Of a DNA stretch of 64,000 nt, positions 17,079-27,925 are shown piece by piece. Positions within the stretch are counted from its first letter, which is position 1; each line of letters starts with the position of its first letter. The position numbers and the translations under genes were made by a program. The stretch is from Thermoanaerobaculia bacterium (GTDB lineage: Bacteria > Acidobacteriota > Thermoanaerobaculia > Gp7-AA8), in contig OY970284.1 of NCBI GenBank assembly GCA_963715895.1, positions 5,069,777-5,133,776 on the forward strand, given 5' to 3'. Under the pieces are notes generated by a model that was not told the origin of the DNA, did not search any database, and saw only the letters and a program-made list of their open reading frames with translations.

Positions 17079-19589
17079 TCACTTGTGCTGTCGCGGCTCC
17101 GCGTTCTTCACGTACTTGTCGAACCAGCGCAGTTCCTCGTAGGCGAGCTGTTCGTTCGACTCCATGGACGCGTACCAGTGCGGCTCGTGAGGCAGCATGA
17201 CCAGACGGACGACGCCCCCGTTGCCGCGGATGGCCTGGAAGAGCTGCTCGGACTGAAGCGGGGTCGTGCCGGGGTTGGCGTCGTCGGAGCCGTGCATGAG
17301 GAGCAGCGGAGCCTTCATCTTGTTGGCGAAGAAGTAGGGGGAGACTTTGAGATAGACGTCTTGAGCGTTCCACACCGAACGACTCTCGTTCTGGAAACCG
17401 AACGGCGTCAGCGTCTTGTTGTAGGCGCCACTGGTGGCGACGCCCGCCCGGAACAGATCGGTGTGGGCGACCAGGTTCGCGGTCATCAACGCACCGTGGC
17501 TGTGCCCCGTGACACCGATGCGGTCCCGATCGACGACGCCGAGCTCCACGGCTTTGTCCACCGCGGCCTGCGCGTCATCGACCAGCTGATCGATGTACGT
17601 GTCGTAGGCCTTCTTCGGGTCTCCGACGATCGGAAATGCCGCGTTGTCGATGATCGCGTATCCGGAGAGGAGCAGCAGTTGATAATTGCCCAGTCGCGTG
17701 AACGTCTGCTCGGAGCCGCTGACCTCGCCGGCGGTCTTGGAGCTGGCATAGTCGAGCGGGTAGGCGTAGAGGATCGCCGGCACCCGCGTGCCCTCTTTGT
17801 AGCCGGGCGGGGTGTAGAGGGTGAACGAGAGCGCCACGCCGTCCTTTCGCTTGTAGGTCACCAGGCGTTTCCTGATTGCACGCACGGCGGGCGTCGGGTC
17901 AGGGATCTGCGTTACGGCGCGCGCGGTCGAGGCGATCGTTGCTTCGCCTGGGGCGGCGCTCGGCACCGGCGCTCCGAGTGTGCGCAGCATGAGATTGGGC
18001 GGTTCCGAGGGGGTCTGGTGCCAGGTGAGAAGCGCGTCGGAGGCGTCGTTGGCGAAGGTCAGGAAGTACTCGTACGCGTCCTTGCCGCTGCGGAAGAGGC
18101 GTCGCGGCTTGCCGGTACGAAGATCGAAGCTGTCGAGAAACGGACGGTCCCCCGCCGTTGACGCCCCCTGGCCGCTCAGGAAGATCGTGTCGCCTTTCTG
18201 ACGTATGGCCCACTGGCCGTTCGGCAGGATGCGATAGACAGGCTGGCCCGGATCGTCATAGGTCTCGTCACTCGACAGGTCCCAGATCAAGCGCGGCTTG
18301 GTCTCGGGGTGGTCGGCGTCGATCAGGAACGTTCGGCGCCAGTGACGGTTGTCGTCGTACTCCCGGAGCAATCCGGCGCCGCGTCGCTCGCTCCATTCGA
18401 TCCCTTCGTATCGTTGCTCGGTGCGCGCGATCTCGACGGGGTTGGTTGTGAACGGCGCGCTCTGCATGAAGACTTTGTCGCGCGCGGGTACGCTCGTCTT
18501 CCAGTCTCCCCCATCGAGCGCCTCGGCCCATACCAGTGTCGCGGGCTCGGTGGGACGCCATTCGTGGTCGCGTGGACCGGTGGGCACGCCGTGGATCGGC
18601 ACGTGATCGGCGATGGGCAACTTCGCGAGCGGCGTCGCTTTGCCGGTGCGGTCCCATACTTCGACGTCGTTCGCAAAGCGGCCGTAGGTCACCGCATAGG
18701 AATACGGTTTGCGGATCGAGGTCACCAGGATGTGCTCACCGTCGGGCGAGAGGTCGACGTCGCTCAAGACCGCGGGCGCGCCGACGCGGGTGACAGCGCC
18801 GCTGGCGACGTCGACCAGCGCGAGCTGGCTCGTGCCGTAGTATTCGAAGAGTGCCGCGTCGGCCTGGTTTCTCAGCGTGTCACGCGCCTCATAGGTGCTG
18901 AACTCGCCGCCTCCCGTCGACTCCTGAATACGCGGGCCGTCGGTTCCCGCCTCGGCCGCCGGCGGCGCGCCAATGTCGTCGGGAACCAGCTTCACCAGCA
19001 GAGTCTTGCCGTCGGGCGTCCACCGGTGCGAGCTGCCGAGCATCGGGTTGAGCCGCACGCCGCCGACGCGGTGCGTGGTGCCGTCGCGGGCGCCGGCCCA
19101 GAGCTCAACCGCGTCGCGAGAAGTGTTGCGGAACGCGAAGCTCACGCCGTCGGCTGCCCACGAGAAGCCGTCGGCGCAGCCGCCGGGTGGCAGCGCGATC
19201 GGCGTCTCGTGACGGGTCACGATGTCCACGACGGAGAGCGTCTGTGCGCACGGTGCCACTCCGTAGCCGCCGGGCGTGTCGTGCTTGCGGCGCGTCCGTG
19301 GCTCGACGCGCACTCCGGCCAGTTTCAGAAATGGCTCCGCCACCTGCGCAATGGCCGGGTATTGAACCCATGACACGAGAAGCGCGCTCCCGCGCGTCGG
19401 ACTCAGGATCGGTCGCGGCGGCGTGGGCGCGTGCAGGACGTCGAGCACGTACTGCGGCGGCAGGTCGTAACCTGAGAGGCGCTCCGGAGCCGGCCCGGGC
19501 GGGGCCGATGCCGCGATCGTTGCTGTCGAGAGGAGAGCCACCGTCAGAACGAGAGAGCTGCGAGAGACCCGACGAGTTGAAGGTGCCAT
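17079..19589 (-). CDS. S9 family prolyl oligopeptidase/glutamyl endopeptidase-like serine peptidase
   Basis: Signal peptide, beta-propeller, nucleophile GHSHG, HGSDD, EPHWY. Confidence 0.9.
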   Translation of the reverse strand: MAPSTRRVSRSSLVLTVALLSTATIAASAPPGPAPERLSGYDLPPQYVLDVLHAPTPPRPILSPTRGSALLVSWVQYPAIAQVAEPFLKLAGVRVEPRTRRKHDTPGGYGVAPCAQTLSVVDIVTRHETPIALPPGGCADGFSWAADGVSFAFRNTSRDAVELWAGARDGTTHRVGGVRLNPMLGSSHRWTPDGKTLLVKLVPDDIGAPPAAEAGTDGPRIQESTGGGEFSTYEARDTLRNQADAALFEYYGTSQLALVDVASGAVTRVGAPAVLSDVDLSPDGEHILVTSIRKPYSYAVTYGRFANDVEVWDRTGKATPLAKLPIADHVPIHGVPTGPRDHEWRPTEPATLVWAEALDGGDWKTSVPARDKVFMQSAPFTTNPVEIARTEQRYEGIEWSERRGAGLLREYDDNRHWRRTFLIDADHPETKPRLIWDLSSDETYDDPGQPVYRILPNGQWAIRQKGDTIFLSGQGASTAGDRPFLDSFDLRTGKPRRLFRSGKDAYEYFLTFANDASDALLTWHQTPSEPPNLMLRTLGAPVPSAAPGEATIASTARAVTQIPDPTPAVRAIRKRLVTYKRKDGVALSFTLYTPPGYKEGTRVPAILYAYPLDYASSKTAGEVSGSEQTFTRLGNYQLLLLSGYAIIDNAAFPIVGDPKKAYDTYIDQLVDDAQAAVDKAVELGVVDRDRIGVTGHSHGALMTANLVAHTDLFRAGVATSGAYNKTLTPFGFQNESRSVWNAQDVYLKVSPYFFANKMKAPLLLMHGSDDANPGTTPLQSEQLFQAIRGNGGVVRLVMLPHEPHWYASMESNEQLAYEELRWFDKYVKNAEPRQHK

Positions 19590-19726
19590 GAAGAGATTAT
19601 CTACCGAACGGCGTGGAGTGTCGTTTCAAGTTCCAGCAAAGGGCGATGAAACAGATTCTCTCTTTTCAAAGCTAACCCGTTGATTCTTAGGATTTAAACG
19701 TCTGTTCTGCGGATCAAACCTTCTTG

Positions 19727-19850
19727 CTCTGCAGAGCAAGCCTTCTGCACTGCGTAGCTGACTTTCTGCTCTGCGTAGCTGACTTTCTGTTCTGCGTAGC
19801 TGACTTTCTGCTCTGCGTAGCTGACTTTCTGCTCTGCAGAGCAACTTTTC
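19727..19850. repeat. 21-bp tandem repeat (CTGCGTAGCTGACTTTCTGCT; 4 near-perfect copies plus degenerate flanks)
   Basis: Read directly from the sequence. Confidence 0.9.
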
Positions 19851-19890
19851 AGTTCCAGAGCCTCAACGACTTGTTCCGCGGATGAAACAC

Positions 19891-20276
19891 GTTGATCTGA
19901 CGGATCAAACTGGGTGTTCTGCGGATCAAACACGTTGATCTGACGGATCAAACTGGGTGTTCTGCGGATCAAACACGTTGATCTGACGGATCAAACTGGG
20001 TGTTCTGCGGATCAAACACGTTGATCTGACGGATCAAACTGGGTGTTCTGCGGATCAAACACGTTGATCTGACGGATCAAACTGGTTGTTCTACGGATCA
20101 AACATGTTGTTCTGACGGATCAAACAGGGTGTTCTGCGGATCAAACATGTTGTTCTGACGGATCAAACCAGTTGATCTGAAAGATCAAACTCTTGATCTG
20201 ACGGATCAAACCAGTTGTTCTGAGGAATCAAACGTTTGATCTCGGGCATCAAACCAGTTGTTCTGAAGGATCAACC
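19891..20276. repeat. 43-bp tandem repeat built from two ~21-bp GGATCAAAC subunits, decaying rightward
   Basis: GTTGATCTGACGGATCAAACTGGGTGTTCTGCGGATCAAACAC at 19891, 19934, 19977, 20020; variants at 20063, 20106, 20149; single subunits beyond. Confidence 0.92.
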
Positions 20277-20398
20277 TGTTCATCTCGCGGGGCGAGCGAT
20301 TCCCTACCCCGCATTGAACCACCCCTACCATTTTAGGTAGTTGCATACATCCCACGGCTGGGACATGATGGGGACGGTCCCAAAATTTTATTTAGCCT

Positions 20399-23300
20399 AT
20401 GTCAACCTTCTCGCGCAACATCCTGCTCGCGTTAGCTGTCGTCATCCCTTGCTTCGGAAACGCCTACGCCTTGCCGGCACCGCGCCGGCCGGTGCCGAAG
20501 GCAAAGACGGTGGCGAAGGGGACGGACGTTCCTAACGGCACGCGTCATGCGTCGGTCCCGATCGTCCAGGCGCCCTATACCGGCGCGCCGCCGCTCGCGG
20601 TCGCGAACGCCGTTCGGACGCCGCCCCTGAGCAAAATGAAGGTCATTCCGCCGCCGTTTCGCGGTGAAGACGAGGACCGCTTCGAGCCGGTCCATCCGGT
20701 GCGTCCCACCGATACTCCGGCCGAGGATGGCAAACGGCAGATGATCATGGGGCAGACTCGCTCCGCTCCTGTCTCCACGGGCCTCAGCTTCGAGGGCGTC
20801 GGCACCGGCCTTCCGGGGTTCTTCCCCTGCTGCGTTCCGCCAGACACCAACGGACACGTCGGCGCCACGCAGTACGTACAGTGGAACAACCTCAGCTTCG
20901 CGGTCTGGGACAAGAGCGGGAACAAACTCTTCGGACCGGCGGCCGGCAACACCCTCTTTCAGCCGCTCGGCGGGGTTTGCGCCTCGCACAACGACGGCGA
21001 CCCGGTCGTCAACTACGACGTTCTGGCCGGGCGCTGGGTCGTCTCGCAACTGGCCGTCTTTGCCAATCCCGGCTTCTCGCACCAATGCGTGGCCGTGTCG
21101 CTCACCAGCGACGCCATCGGCGCCTGGTACCTCTACGACTTCATCACCGATCCGGTGAACTTCGTCGATTATCCGAAAATGGCTGTCTGGCCCGACGGCT
21201 ACTACATGTCCGGGCATATCTACGACGGCAGCGGCTCGTCCTACCTTGCCGGACGAATCTATGCCTTCGAGCGCGACAAAATGCTCAATGGCCAGCCGGC
21301 CCGGATGCTGAGCAAGGATCTCAAGCAATACGGGGGGTTTCCCCAGTACGGTTTTCTGGCGGCGGATCTCGACAGCCCCCTGCCGCCCCCTCCCGGCGAA
21401 GCGGAGTTCGTCATCGGGCCCGATCCCGCATCGACCACCCTCCTCGATTCGACCAGAGTAGCGGTCACGTGGGGGGTAACGCCGGCGATCGCGTTCACCG
21501 AGACGCAAATCAGCGCCAGTTGGGGCATACCACCGTGTGTGAGCGGCGCCGGCAGCCGCGCCTGCGTTCCGCAGCCACCGCCGGCCTCGGGATCCGACTA
21601 CCTCGACAACCTCGATCAGATCATGATGTACCGGCTCGGCTACCGCAACTTCGGAGGATCGCCGGTACAGGAGTCGCTGGTCGGCAACATCACCGTGGCC
21701 GGCAGCACGAGTACTCCCCCGCACGGCGCCATCCGCTGGTTCGAGTTCCAGAACGCCGGCGACTCCACGGCCACGCCAACGGTTTACCAGGCCGCCACGT
21801 TCGATCCCGACAGCGACTACCGCTGGATGGGCTCGATCGCCATGGACAAAGACCACAACATCGCGCTGGGCTACAGCAAGTCGAGCACGACCGTCCTGCC
21901 GTCGATCTTCGTCAACGGACGCCTCGGCACCGATCCCATCAACACGCTCGGCACCGAGACACAGATGATGGCCGGAGCCGGCGTGCAGTTTTCGTATAAC
22001 CGCTGGGGCGACTACAGCTCCATGACCCTCGACCCCATCGACCAGTGCACTTTCTGGTACACCAGTGAGTATCTGCAGGCGAACGGTGCCTTCAACTGGG
22101 CCACGCGCATCGGCGCGTTCAAGTTCCCATCGTGCACCCCCGTATCGTGGGGCAACCTCAGTGGGAACATCACCTCGTGCGCGACCGGCGCGCCGATCGG
22201 CGGCGTCATCGTTTCGCTCGGCAACGGATATTCCGTGGCCAGCGACGCCTCGGGGCACTACTCGGTGGCCGTCCCGGCCGGCACCTACACCGCCACCGCC
22301 GCCGGTACAGACCTCAATTGTTCGTCCAGCTCGCCCGCCACGGTCAGCGTGATCGTGCCGGTCGACGGCACGGTGACGCAGGATTTCTGCATGGCCGGGA
22401 GCTCGAAGCTCGAGTCCGGCGCTGTTTCCATCAGCGACACCGCCGCCGGCAACGGCAACGGCATCGTCAACCGGAACGAGTGCTTCGACCTCAGCGTCAA
22501 CGTCGCCAACAACGGCTGCGCCAGTGAGTCCGCCATCAGCGCCACGCTGACGACGTCGACACCTGACGTGACCGTCACGCAGGGCAGCTCGTTCTATCCC
22601 GACCTGGCCGTTGGCGCCAACGGCGCTAATTCCATTCCATTCAGGATCAACACGGCATCGACGTTCGTCTGTGGTACGGCCATCAACTTCACGCTGAATC
22701 TCACGTACGCCAGCGGCAGCAAGTCGGTCGGCTTCACGGTGCCGACCTGCGGCAACGGCGGGAGCGCCGTCATTCCGATCAGCTCCCTCAGCCCGACCGA
22801 CCCGAGCCAGCCCGACCGGCTGTACCGCATTGGCACTCCAAGCAGTTGCGGCAACAAAGCCTGTCCCGGTCCACTCGGTGGCGGCACCTACTACTACAAG
22901 ACGTTCAAGTTCACCAATTCCAGCGCCGCGACCGCCTGCATCACCGTCACCATGAACGGAGCATGCGGGTCGAGTGGCGGCCAGGTCGAGACCTCGGCCT
23001 ATCTCGGAAGTACCTATACGCCTCCGGCGACCGGGGGCGGCAATATCTGCAACAACTACCTGGGCGATGCCGGCAGCAGCGTCGGCTCGATTCTCCCCAG
23101 TGTCACCTTTTCCTTCAACGTCCCCGCCCTTTCGGACTTCGTCATCGTCGCCAACACCGTGGACGTGGGTAGTTGCACGCAGTTCTCCGGCACCGTCAGC
23201 GGCTTGATCGACAACACTGCCGGTCCCGGCCCATGCCCAACCTGCACGCCTCCGGCGACGCCGGCGATCACCCCGGGCGGCCCGACGACGTTCTGCGCCG

Positions 23301-26300
23301 GCGGCAGCGTGACGCTCACCTCCAGCGCCGCAAGCGGCAACCAGTGGTACCGCAACGGCGCCCCGATCGCCGGCGCAACCGGCGCCTCGCAAGCCGCCAC
23401 CGCCGGCGGCAGCTACACCGTCACCACCACCACGGGCGGCTGCATCAGCGCGCCGGCGCCTGCGATCACCGTGACGGTCAATCCGATTCCCGCCACGCCA
23501 ACGCCGTCGAACGGCGGTCCGTTCTGCGAAGGGTCGACGATCTCCCTCTCGACTCCGGCCGCGACCGGCGCGACCTACGCCTGGACGGGGCCGAACGGCT
23601 TCACCTCCGCGCTTCAGAGCCCGACCCACGCGAACGCGGCGGCCGCCGATGCCGGCACCTACTCCGTCACCGTCACGGTCAACGGTTGCACCTCGGCCGC
23701 CGGCACGACCAGCGTCGTCGTCAATCCTCTTCCGGCGACGCCGGCGCCGTCGAACGGCGGCCCGTTCTGCACCGGTCAGACGATCTCGCTCTCGACGCCG
23801 GCGCTGAGCGGCGCGACCTACCATTGGACGGGCCCGAACGGCTTCTCCTCGTCCCTGCAGAATCCGACGCACGCGAATGCCACGGCGGCGGATGCGGGCA
23901 CGTACTTCGTTACCGTCACGGTGAATGGCTGCCCCTCGGCCGGCGGAACGACAGCGGTCGTCGTGAGCCCGATTCCGACGGCGCCGGCAGCGTCGAACGG
24001 CGGGCCATACTGCGCCGGCTCGACCATCGCGCTCTCGACACCGTCCATCAGCGGCGCCACCTACGCCTGGACCGGGCCGAACGGCTTCACCTCCGCGCAA
24101 CAGAACCCGACGCGCGCGAACGCGGCCACCGCCGACGCCGGCACGTATTCGGTCACCATCACCGTCAACGGCTGCACCTCGGCCGCGGGGACGACGACCG
24201 TCGTCGTCAACACCGCCGCACCGGCAACGCCCACCGCCGGCAACAGCGGTCCGTTCTGCGAAGGGAGCGCGATCGCACTTTCCACCCCGGCTGTCGCGAA
24301 CGCGACCTACGCCTGGACGGGGCCAAACGGCTTTACGTCTTCGCTGCAGAATCCGACGCGGGCCAACGCCACCGCTGCCGATGCGGGGACCTACTCCGTC
24401 ACCATCGCCACCGGCGGCTGCAGCTCGGCGGCCGGAACGACGGCCGTCGTGGTCACACCGAAACCGGCCACGCCGGCGGCGGGCAATGGCGGTCCGTACT
24501 GCGAAGGAAACACGATCGCGCTCTCGACGCCTGCGGTGAGCGGCGCGACCTATGCGTGGACGGGTCCGAACGGCTTTGCATCGCCATTACAAAACCCGAC
24601 GCGCCCGAACGCCGCCGCCGCTGACTTCGGCACCTACGCGGTGACGGTCACAGTCAACGGCTGCACCTCCGCGGCCGGTACGACGAACGTCATCGACTCC
24701 AATGCCGCGGCGGTGGCGAGCAACGGCGGTCCGTACTGCGCCGGCGACACGATCGCCCTCTCCACGCCGGCGGTGCCCGGCGCCACCTACGCATGGACCG
24801 GCCCGAACGGCTTCACCTCCGCGGCCCAAAGCCCAACCAGTCCGAACGCCACCGCCGCCGATGCCGGCACGTACTCCGTGATCGTCACGACGACCGGCTG
24901 CGTCTCGCTGGCAGGCAGCACCAGCGTCGTCGTAAACACCTCCGCGGCGACACCGGCGGCGTCGAACGACGGTCCGTATTGCGAAGGCTCCACGATCTCG
25001 CTCTCCACCCCCTCGGTGCCGGGCGTCGTGTCGTATGCCTGGACCGGCCCGAACGGCTTCACGTCATCGCTCCAGAATCCGACCATCGCCAACGCCACGA
25101 TCGCCGTCGCCGGCACCTACTCGGTGACCATCTTCAATGGCTGCACCTCAGCGGCAGGCGACACCACGGTCGTCGTCAACCCCGCGCCGGCAGCGCCAAC
25201 GGCCTCCAACAGCGGCCCGTTCTGCGCCGGCGGGACGATCTCTCTCTCGACACCGCTCGTGACCGGGGCGACCTACGCCTGGAGCGGCCCGAACGGCTTC
25301 ACCTCGCTGCTGCAGAGCCCCACTCGCGCCAACGCCACCGCCGCCGACGCCGGCACCTATTCGGTGACCGTCACCGTCAACGGCTGTACGTCTCCGGCCG
25401 GCACGACGGACGTCGCCGTCAACACGCTCGCGGCGCCCTCCCCGGCGAACGGCGGGCCGTACTGCGCCGGCGCGACCATCGCGCTGGCAGCTCCCATGGT
25501 GACGGGCGCGACGTACTCGTGGAGCGGCCCGAACGGATTCACTTCGTCCCTGGTCAACCCGACGCGACTGAGCGCGGCGGCCGCCGACGCCGGCACCTAC
25601 TCCGTGACGGTCACCGTCAGCGGCTGCACATCGCCCGCCGGGACGACGGACGTCATCGTCAACCCCATCCCGTCGACACCTGCCGCGTCGAACGGCGGTC
25701 CGTACTGCGCCGGCAGCACGATCTCCCTCTCGACACCGCTCGTCAGCGGCGCGGCCTACGCCTGGACCGGCCCGAACGGCTTCACCTCCTCGCTGCAAAA
25801 CCCGACGCGCGCGAACGCGGCCACCGCCGACGCCGGCACGTACTCCGTGACGGTCACGGTCAACGGCTGCACATCCCCCGCGGGGACGACAAACGTCGTC
25901 GTCCATGCCATGCCGTCAACTCCGGCGGCGACGAACGGCGGCCCGTACTGCCCCGGCGCCACGATCCTGCTCTCGACACCGTCCGTCAGCGGCGCGACCT
26001 ACGCCTGGACCGGCCCGAACGGCTTCACCGCCTCGCAGCAGAACCCGACGCGCGTGAACGCCACGGCCGCCGACGCCGGCACCTACTCGGTCACCGTCAC
26101 GGTCAACGGCTGCACCTCGCCGGCGGGCACGACGAACGTCGCCGTCAACACACCCGCGGCACCGACGATCATCGCGAACGGCCCGACGACGTTCTGCTCC
26201 GGCGGCAGCGTCACGCTGACCTCGAGCAGCGCCACCGGCAACCAGTGGCGAATGAACGGCTCGCTGATCATCGGCGCGACGAACACCACCTACACGGCCA

Positions 26301-27568
26301 CCGCATCCGGCAGCTATACGGCCGTCGTGATCGCGAACGGCTGCGCCAGTGCGGCCTCGACGGCAATCAACGTGACCGTCAACCCGAAGCCCAACGCCAC
26401 GATCGGAACCGCCTCGTTCACTTCCGCCGGCGCGACGAATTCCGCAAGCGTCATCAATGCCGGCGTGGGTGCGACGTATGCCTGGACCATCACCAACGGC
26501 ACGATCATCTCCGGCACAGGTACAACCACGATCGGCTACACCGCCGGCAGCTCCGGGGCTACCATCCTCAACGTCACGGTCGCGGCCGCCGGCTGCAGCG
26601 ACACGAAATCAGCGAGCATCGCCATCCTTCCCGGCGTCCCCACCGTGACTCCTTCCATCGGCCGCACCGCGGGCGGGACGAACGTCACCATCACCGGCAG
26701 CGGATTTCAAAGCGGCTGCTCCGTCACTTTCGGGAGCTTCGGCTTCAACGCCACGAACGTCGTCCGCGTCAACTCCACCACAATCACCGCCACCACCCCG
26801 GCGCACACTGCCGGCCCGATTACCGTCGTCGTCACCAACCCCGACAACTTCGCCGCGGCGCGCCCGAACGGTTTCACCTACGTCGTGCAACAGTTCGATG
26901 CTAATGGCGACGGCATCGTCACTTCGTCCGACATCTTCTACCTGGTCAACTATCTCTTCCTCAACGGTCCGGCGCCGAGGGGCTCGGCCGGCATGATGTC
27001 GGGCGACGCCAACAACGACGGCAAGGTCAACTCGTCCGACATCTTCTATACCGTGAACTACCTTTTTCTCCACGGTCCGGCCCCTGCGTCCGTCCCCGCT
27101 CCCGTTTCGGCGCAATCAGCCGGCGGGCCGCTTTCCGGCTCGGTTACCCTCGGCAAACCGGTTCGCAAAGGCCACCACTACACAATTCCGGTGATCGTGG
27201 CCGCCTCACCCGGTTCCGCGGCGCCGCAGTCGCTCTCGCTGCGCGTGACGTTCAGCGGCGACCCGGTGAGCAACGCCGTCATCCACCACGCCGACGGAAT
27301 CCAGACGCTGTTCGAGCTCAGCCCTCCCGCGGCGAATACCCTCTCGTACCTGGTCACGTTTGCCGCCCCAGCGCAGGGCATCGTCGCGGAAATCGAGCTC
27401 GACGCCAGCAGCGGCGCGAACGTCAGCATCGACGTCGACCCGACCCTGACGCTCCTCGCCAACCGCGCCGGAACGCGGAGCGCCACCCTCGAAGCCGGCA
27501 CCCTGCAAGTGAGCGGCACGAAGATCGAAGCACCGGAACGGCGCGCGCCCGGAAAAGAGATCAATTAG
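20399..27568 (+). CDS. Large secreted/surface protein: N-terminal globular domain, carboxypeptidase-regulatory-like domain, 11 tandem Ig-like repeats, IPT/TIG, dockerin-like pair, C-terminal beta domain
   Basis: Signal peptide; 11 x ~80-aa repeats (GP[YF]C.G.TI.L...YAW[TS]GPNGF.S..QNP......DAGTY.V....GC); IPT GGTNVTITGSGF; duplicated D.N.DG.V..SDIFY.VNYLF. Confidence 0.9.
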   Translation: MSTFSRNILLALAVVIPCFGNAYALPAPRRPVPKAKTVAKGTDVPNGTRHASVPIVQAPYTGAPPLAVANAVRTPPLSKMKVIPPPFRGEDEDRFEPVHPVRPTDTPAEDGKRQMIMGQTRSAPVSTGLSFEGVGTGLPGFFPCCVPPDTNGHVGATQYVQWNNLSFAVWDKSGNKLFGPAAGNTLFQPLGGVCASHNDGDPVVNYDVLAGRWVVSQLAVFANPGFSHQCVAVSLTSDAIGAWYLYDFITDPVNFVDYPKMAVWPDGYYMSGHIYDGSGSSYLAGRIYAFERDKMLNGQPARMLSKDLKQYGGFPQYGFLAADLDSPLPPPPGEAEFVIGPDPASTTLLDSTRVAVTWGVTPAIAFTETQISASWGIPPCVSGAGSRACVPQPPPASGSDYLDNLDQIMMYRLGYRNFGGSPVQESLVGNITVAGSTSTPPHGAIRWFEFQNAGDSTATPTVYQAATFDPDSDYRWMGSIAMDKDHNIALGYSKSSTTVLPSIFVNGRLGTDPINTLGTETQMMAGAGVQFSYNRWGDYSSMTLDPIDQCTFWYTSEYLQANGAFNWATRIGAFKFPSCTPVSWGNLSGNITSCATGAPIGGVIVSLGNGYSVASDASGHYSVAVPAGTYTATAAGTDLNCSSSSPATVSVIVPVDGTVTQDFCMAGSSKLESGAVSISDTAAGNGNGIVNRNECFDLSVNVANNGCASESAISATLTTSTPDVTVTQGSSFYPDLAVGANGANSIPFRINTASTFVCGTAINFTLNLTYASGSKSVGFTVPTCGNGGSAVIPISSLSPTDPSQPDRLYRIGTPSSCGNKACPGPLGGGTYYYKTFKFTNSSAATACITVTMNGACGSSGGQVETSAYLGSTYTPPATGGGNICNNYLGDAGSSVGSILPSVTFSFNVPALSDFVIVANTVDVGSCTQFSGTVSGLIDNTAGPGPCPTCTPPATPAITPGGPTTFCAGGSVTLTSSAASGNQWYRNGAPIAGATGASQAATAGGSYTVTTTTGGCISAPAPAITVTVNPIPATPTPSNGGPFCEGSTISLSTPAATGATYAWTGPNGFTSALQSPTHANAAAADAGTYSVTVTVNGCTSAAGTTSVVVNPLPATPAPSNGGPFCTGQTISLSTPALSGATYHWTGPNGFSSSLQNPTHANATAADAGTYFVTVTVNGCPSAGGTTAVVVSPIPTAPAASNGGPYCAGSTIALSTPSISGATYAWTGPNGFTSAQQNPTRANAATADAGTYSVTITVNGCTSAAGTTTVVVNTAAPATPTAGNSGPFCEGSAIALSTPAVANATYAWTGPNGFTSSLQNPTRANATAADAGTYSVTIATGGCSSAAGTTAVVVTPKPATPAAGNGGPYCEGNTIALSTPAVSGATYAWTGPNGFASPLQNPTRPNAAAADFGTYAVTVTVNGCTSAAGTTNVIDSNAAAVASNGGPYCAGDTIALSTPAVPGATYAWTGPNGFTSAAQSPTSPNATAADAGTYSVIVTTTGCVSLAGSTSVVVNTSAATPAASNDGPYCEGSTISLSTPSVPGVVSYAWTGPNGFTSSLQNPTIANATIAVAGTYSVTIFNGCTSAAGDTTVVVNPAPAAPTASNSGPFCAGGTISLSTPLVTGATYAWSGPNGFTSLLQSPTRANATAADAGTYSVTVTVNGCTSPAGTTDVAVNTLAAPSPANGGPYCAGATIALAAPMVTGATYSWSGPNGFTSSLVNPTRLSAAAADAGTYSVTVTVSGCTSPAGTTDVIVNPIPSTPAASNGGPYCAGSTISLSTPLVSGAAYAWTGPNGFTSSLQNPTRANAATADAGTYSVTVTVNGCTSPAGTTNVVVHAMPSTPAATNGGPYCPGATILLSTPSVSGATYAWTGPNGFTASQQNPTRVNATAADAGTYSVTVTVNGCTSPAGTTNVAVNTPAAPTIIANGPTTFCSGGSVTLTSSSATGNQWRMNGSLIIGATNTTYTATASGSYTAVVIANGCASAASTAINVTVNPKPNATIGTASFTSAGATNSASVINAGVGATYAWTITNGTIISGTGTTTIGYTAGSSGATILNVTVAAAGCSDTKSASIAILPGVPTVTPSIGRTAGGTNVTITGSGFQSGCSVTFGSFGFNATNVVRVNSTTITATTPAHTAGPITVVVTNPDNFAAARPNGFTYVVQQFDANGDGIVTSSDIFYLVNYLFLNGPAPRGSAGMMSGDANNDGKVNSSDIFYTVNYLFLHGPAPASVPAPVSAQSAGGPLSGSVTLGKPVRKGHHYTIPVIVAASPGSAAPQSLSLRVTFSGDPVSNAVIHHADGIQTLFELSPPAANTLSYLVTFAAPAQGIVAEIELDASSGANVSIDVDPTLTLLANRAGTRSATLEAGTLQVSGTKIEAPERRAPGKEIN

Positions 27569-27594
27569 CCGCAGTCCTCACAGTCTCACTTAGG

Positions 27595-27683
27595 TCGTCG
27601 GCACCTTGTTACCCGTCGAGAGCCTTCTCCCCCCGCGGTTTTTTGCGGGGGGAGAAGGTGCGACAGGCGGATGAGGGGGGCGT
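27595..27683. repeat. REP-like palindromic element, copy 1
   Basis: CCTTCTCCCCCC...GGGGGGAGAAGG hairpin followed by GGCGGATGAGGGG. Its inverted partner is at 27788-27818 plus 29412-29468, split by the IS110. Confidence 0.8.
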
Positions 27684-27925
27684 ACACGTGAATGCGCGAC
27701 TTACCGACGCTGGTCCGGAAACCGCTTTGAAGGCGCCGCAAGCATGGTTGCCATTCGGCTCGCGCGTTCGAATGACGTCCGTGTGAAACGCCCCCTCATC
27801 CGCCTGTCGGCACCTTCTGCTCTGAAGTTTGGGTGGGTGGGGAGACAGAAAGGTACTGGGCGGCTCGAAAGGCCGTTCGAGGGGAGGTTGTTTTGTCGGC
27901 CGTGGGCGCGGCCCGCGAGAGCAGG

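Noticed and set aside
19891-20276. CRISPR or TIGR-like guide array
   Set aside because: Units are near-identical with no unique spacers, and there is no cas or Nop-domain gene adjacent.
20432-26904. Long alternative-frame and antisense ORFs (e.g. 20432-24100 minus, 24793-26904 plus)
   Set aside because: Arg/Gly-rich shadows of the GC-rich repetitive 2389-aa gene.
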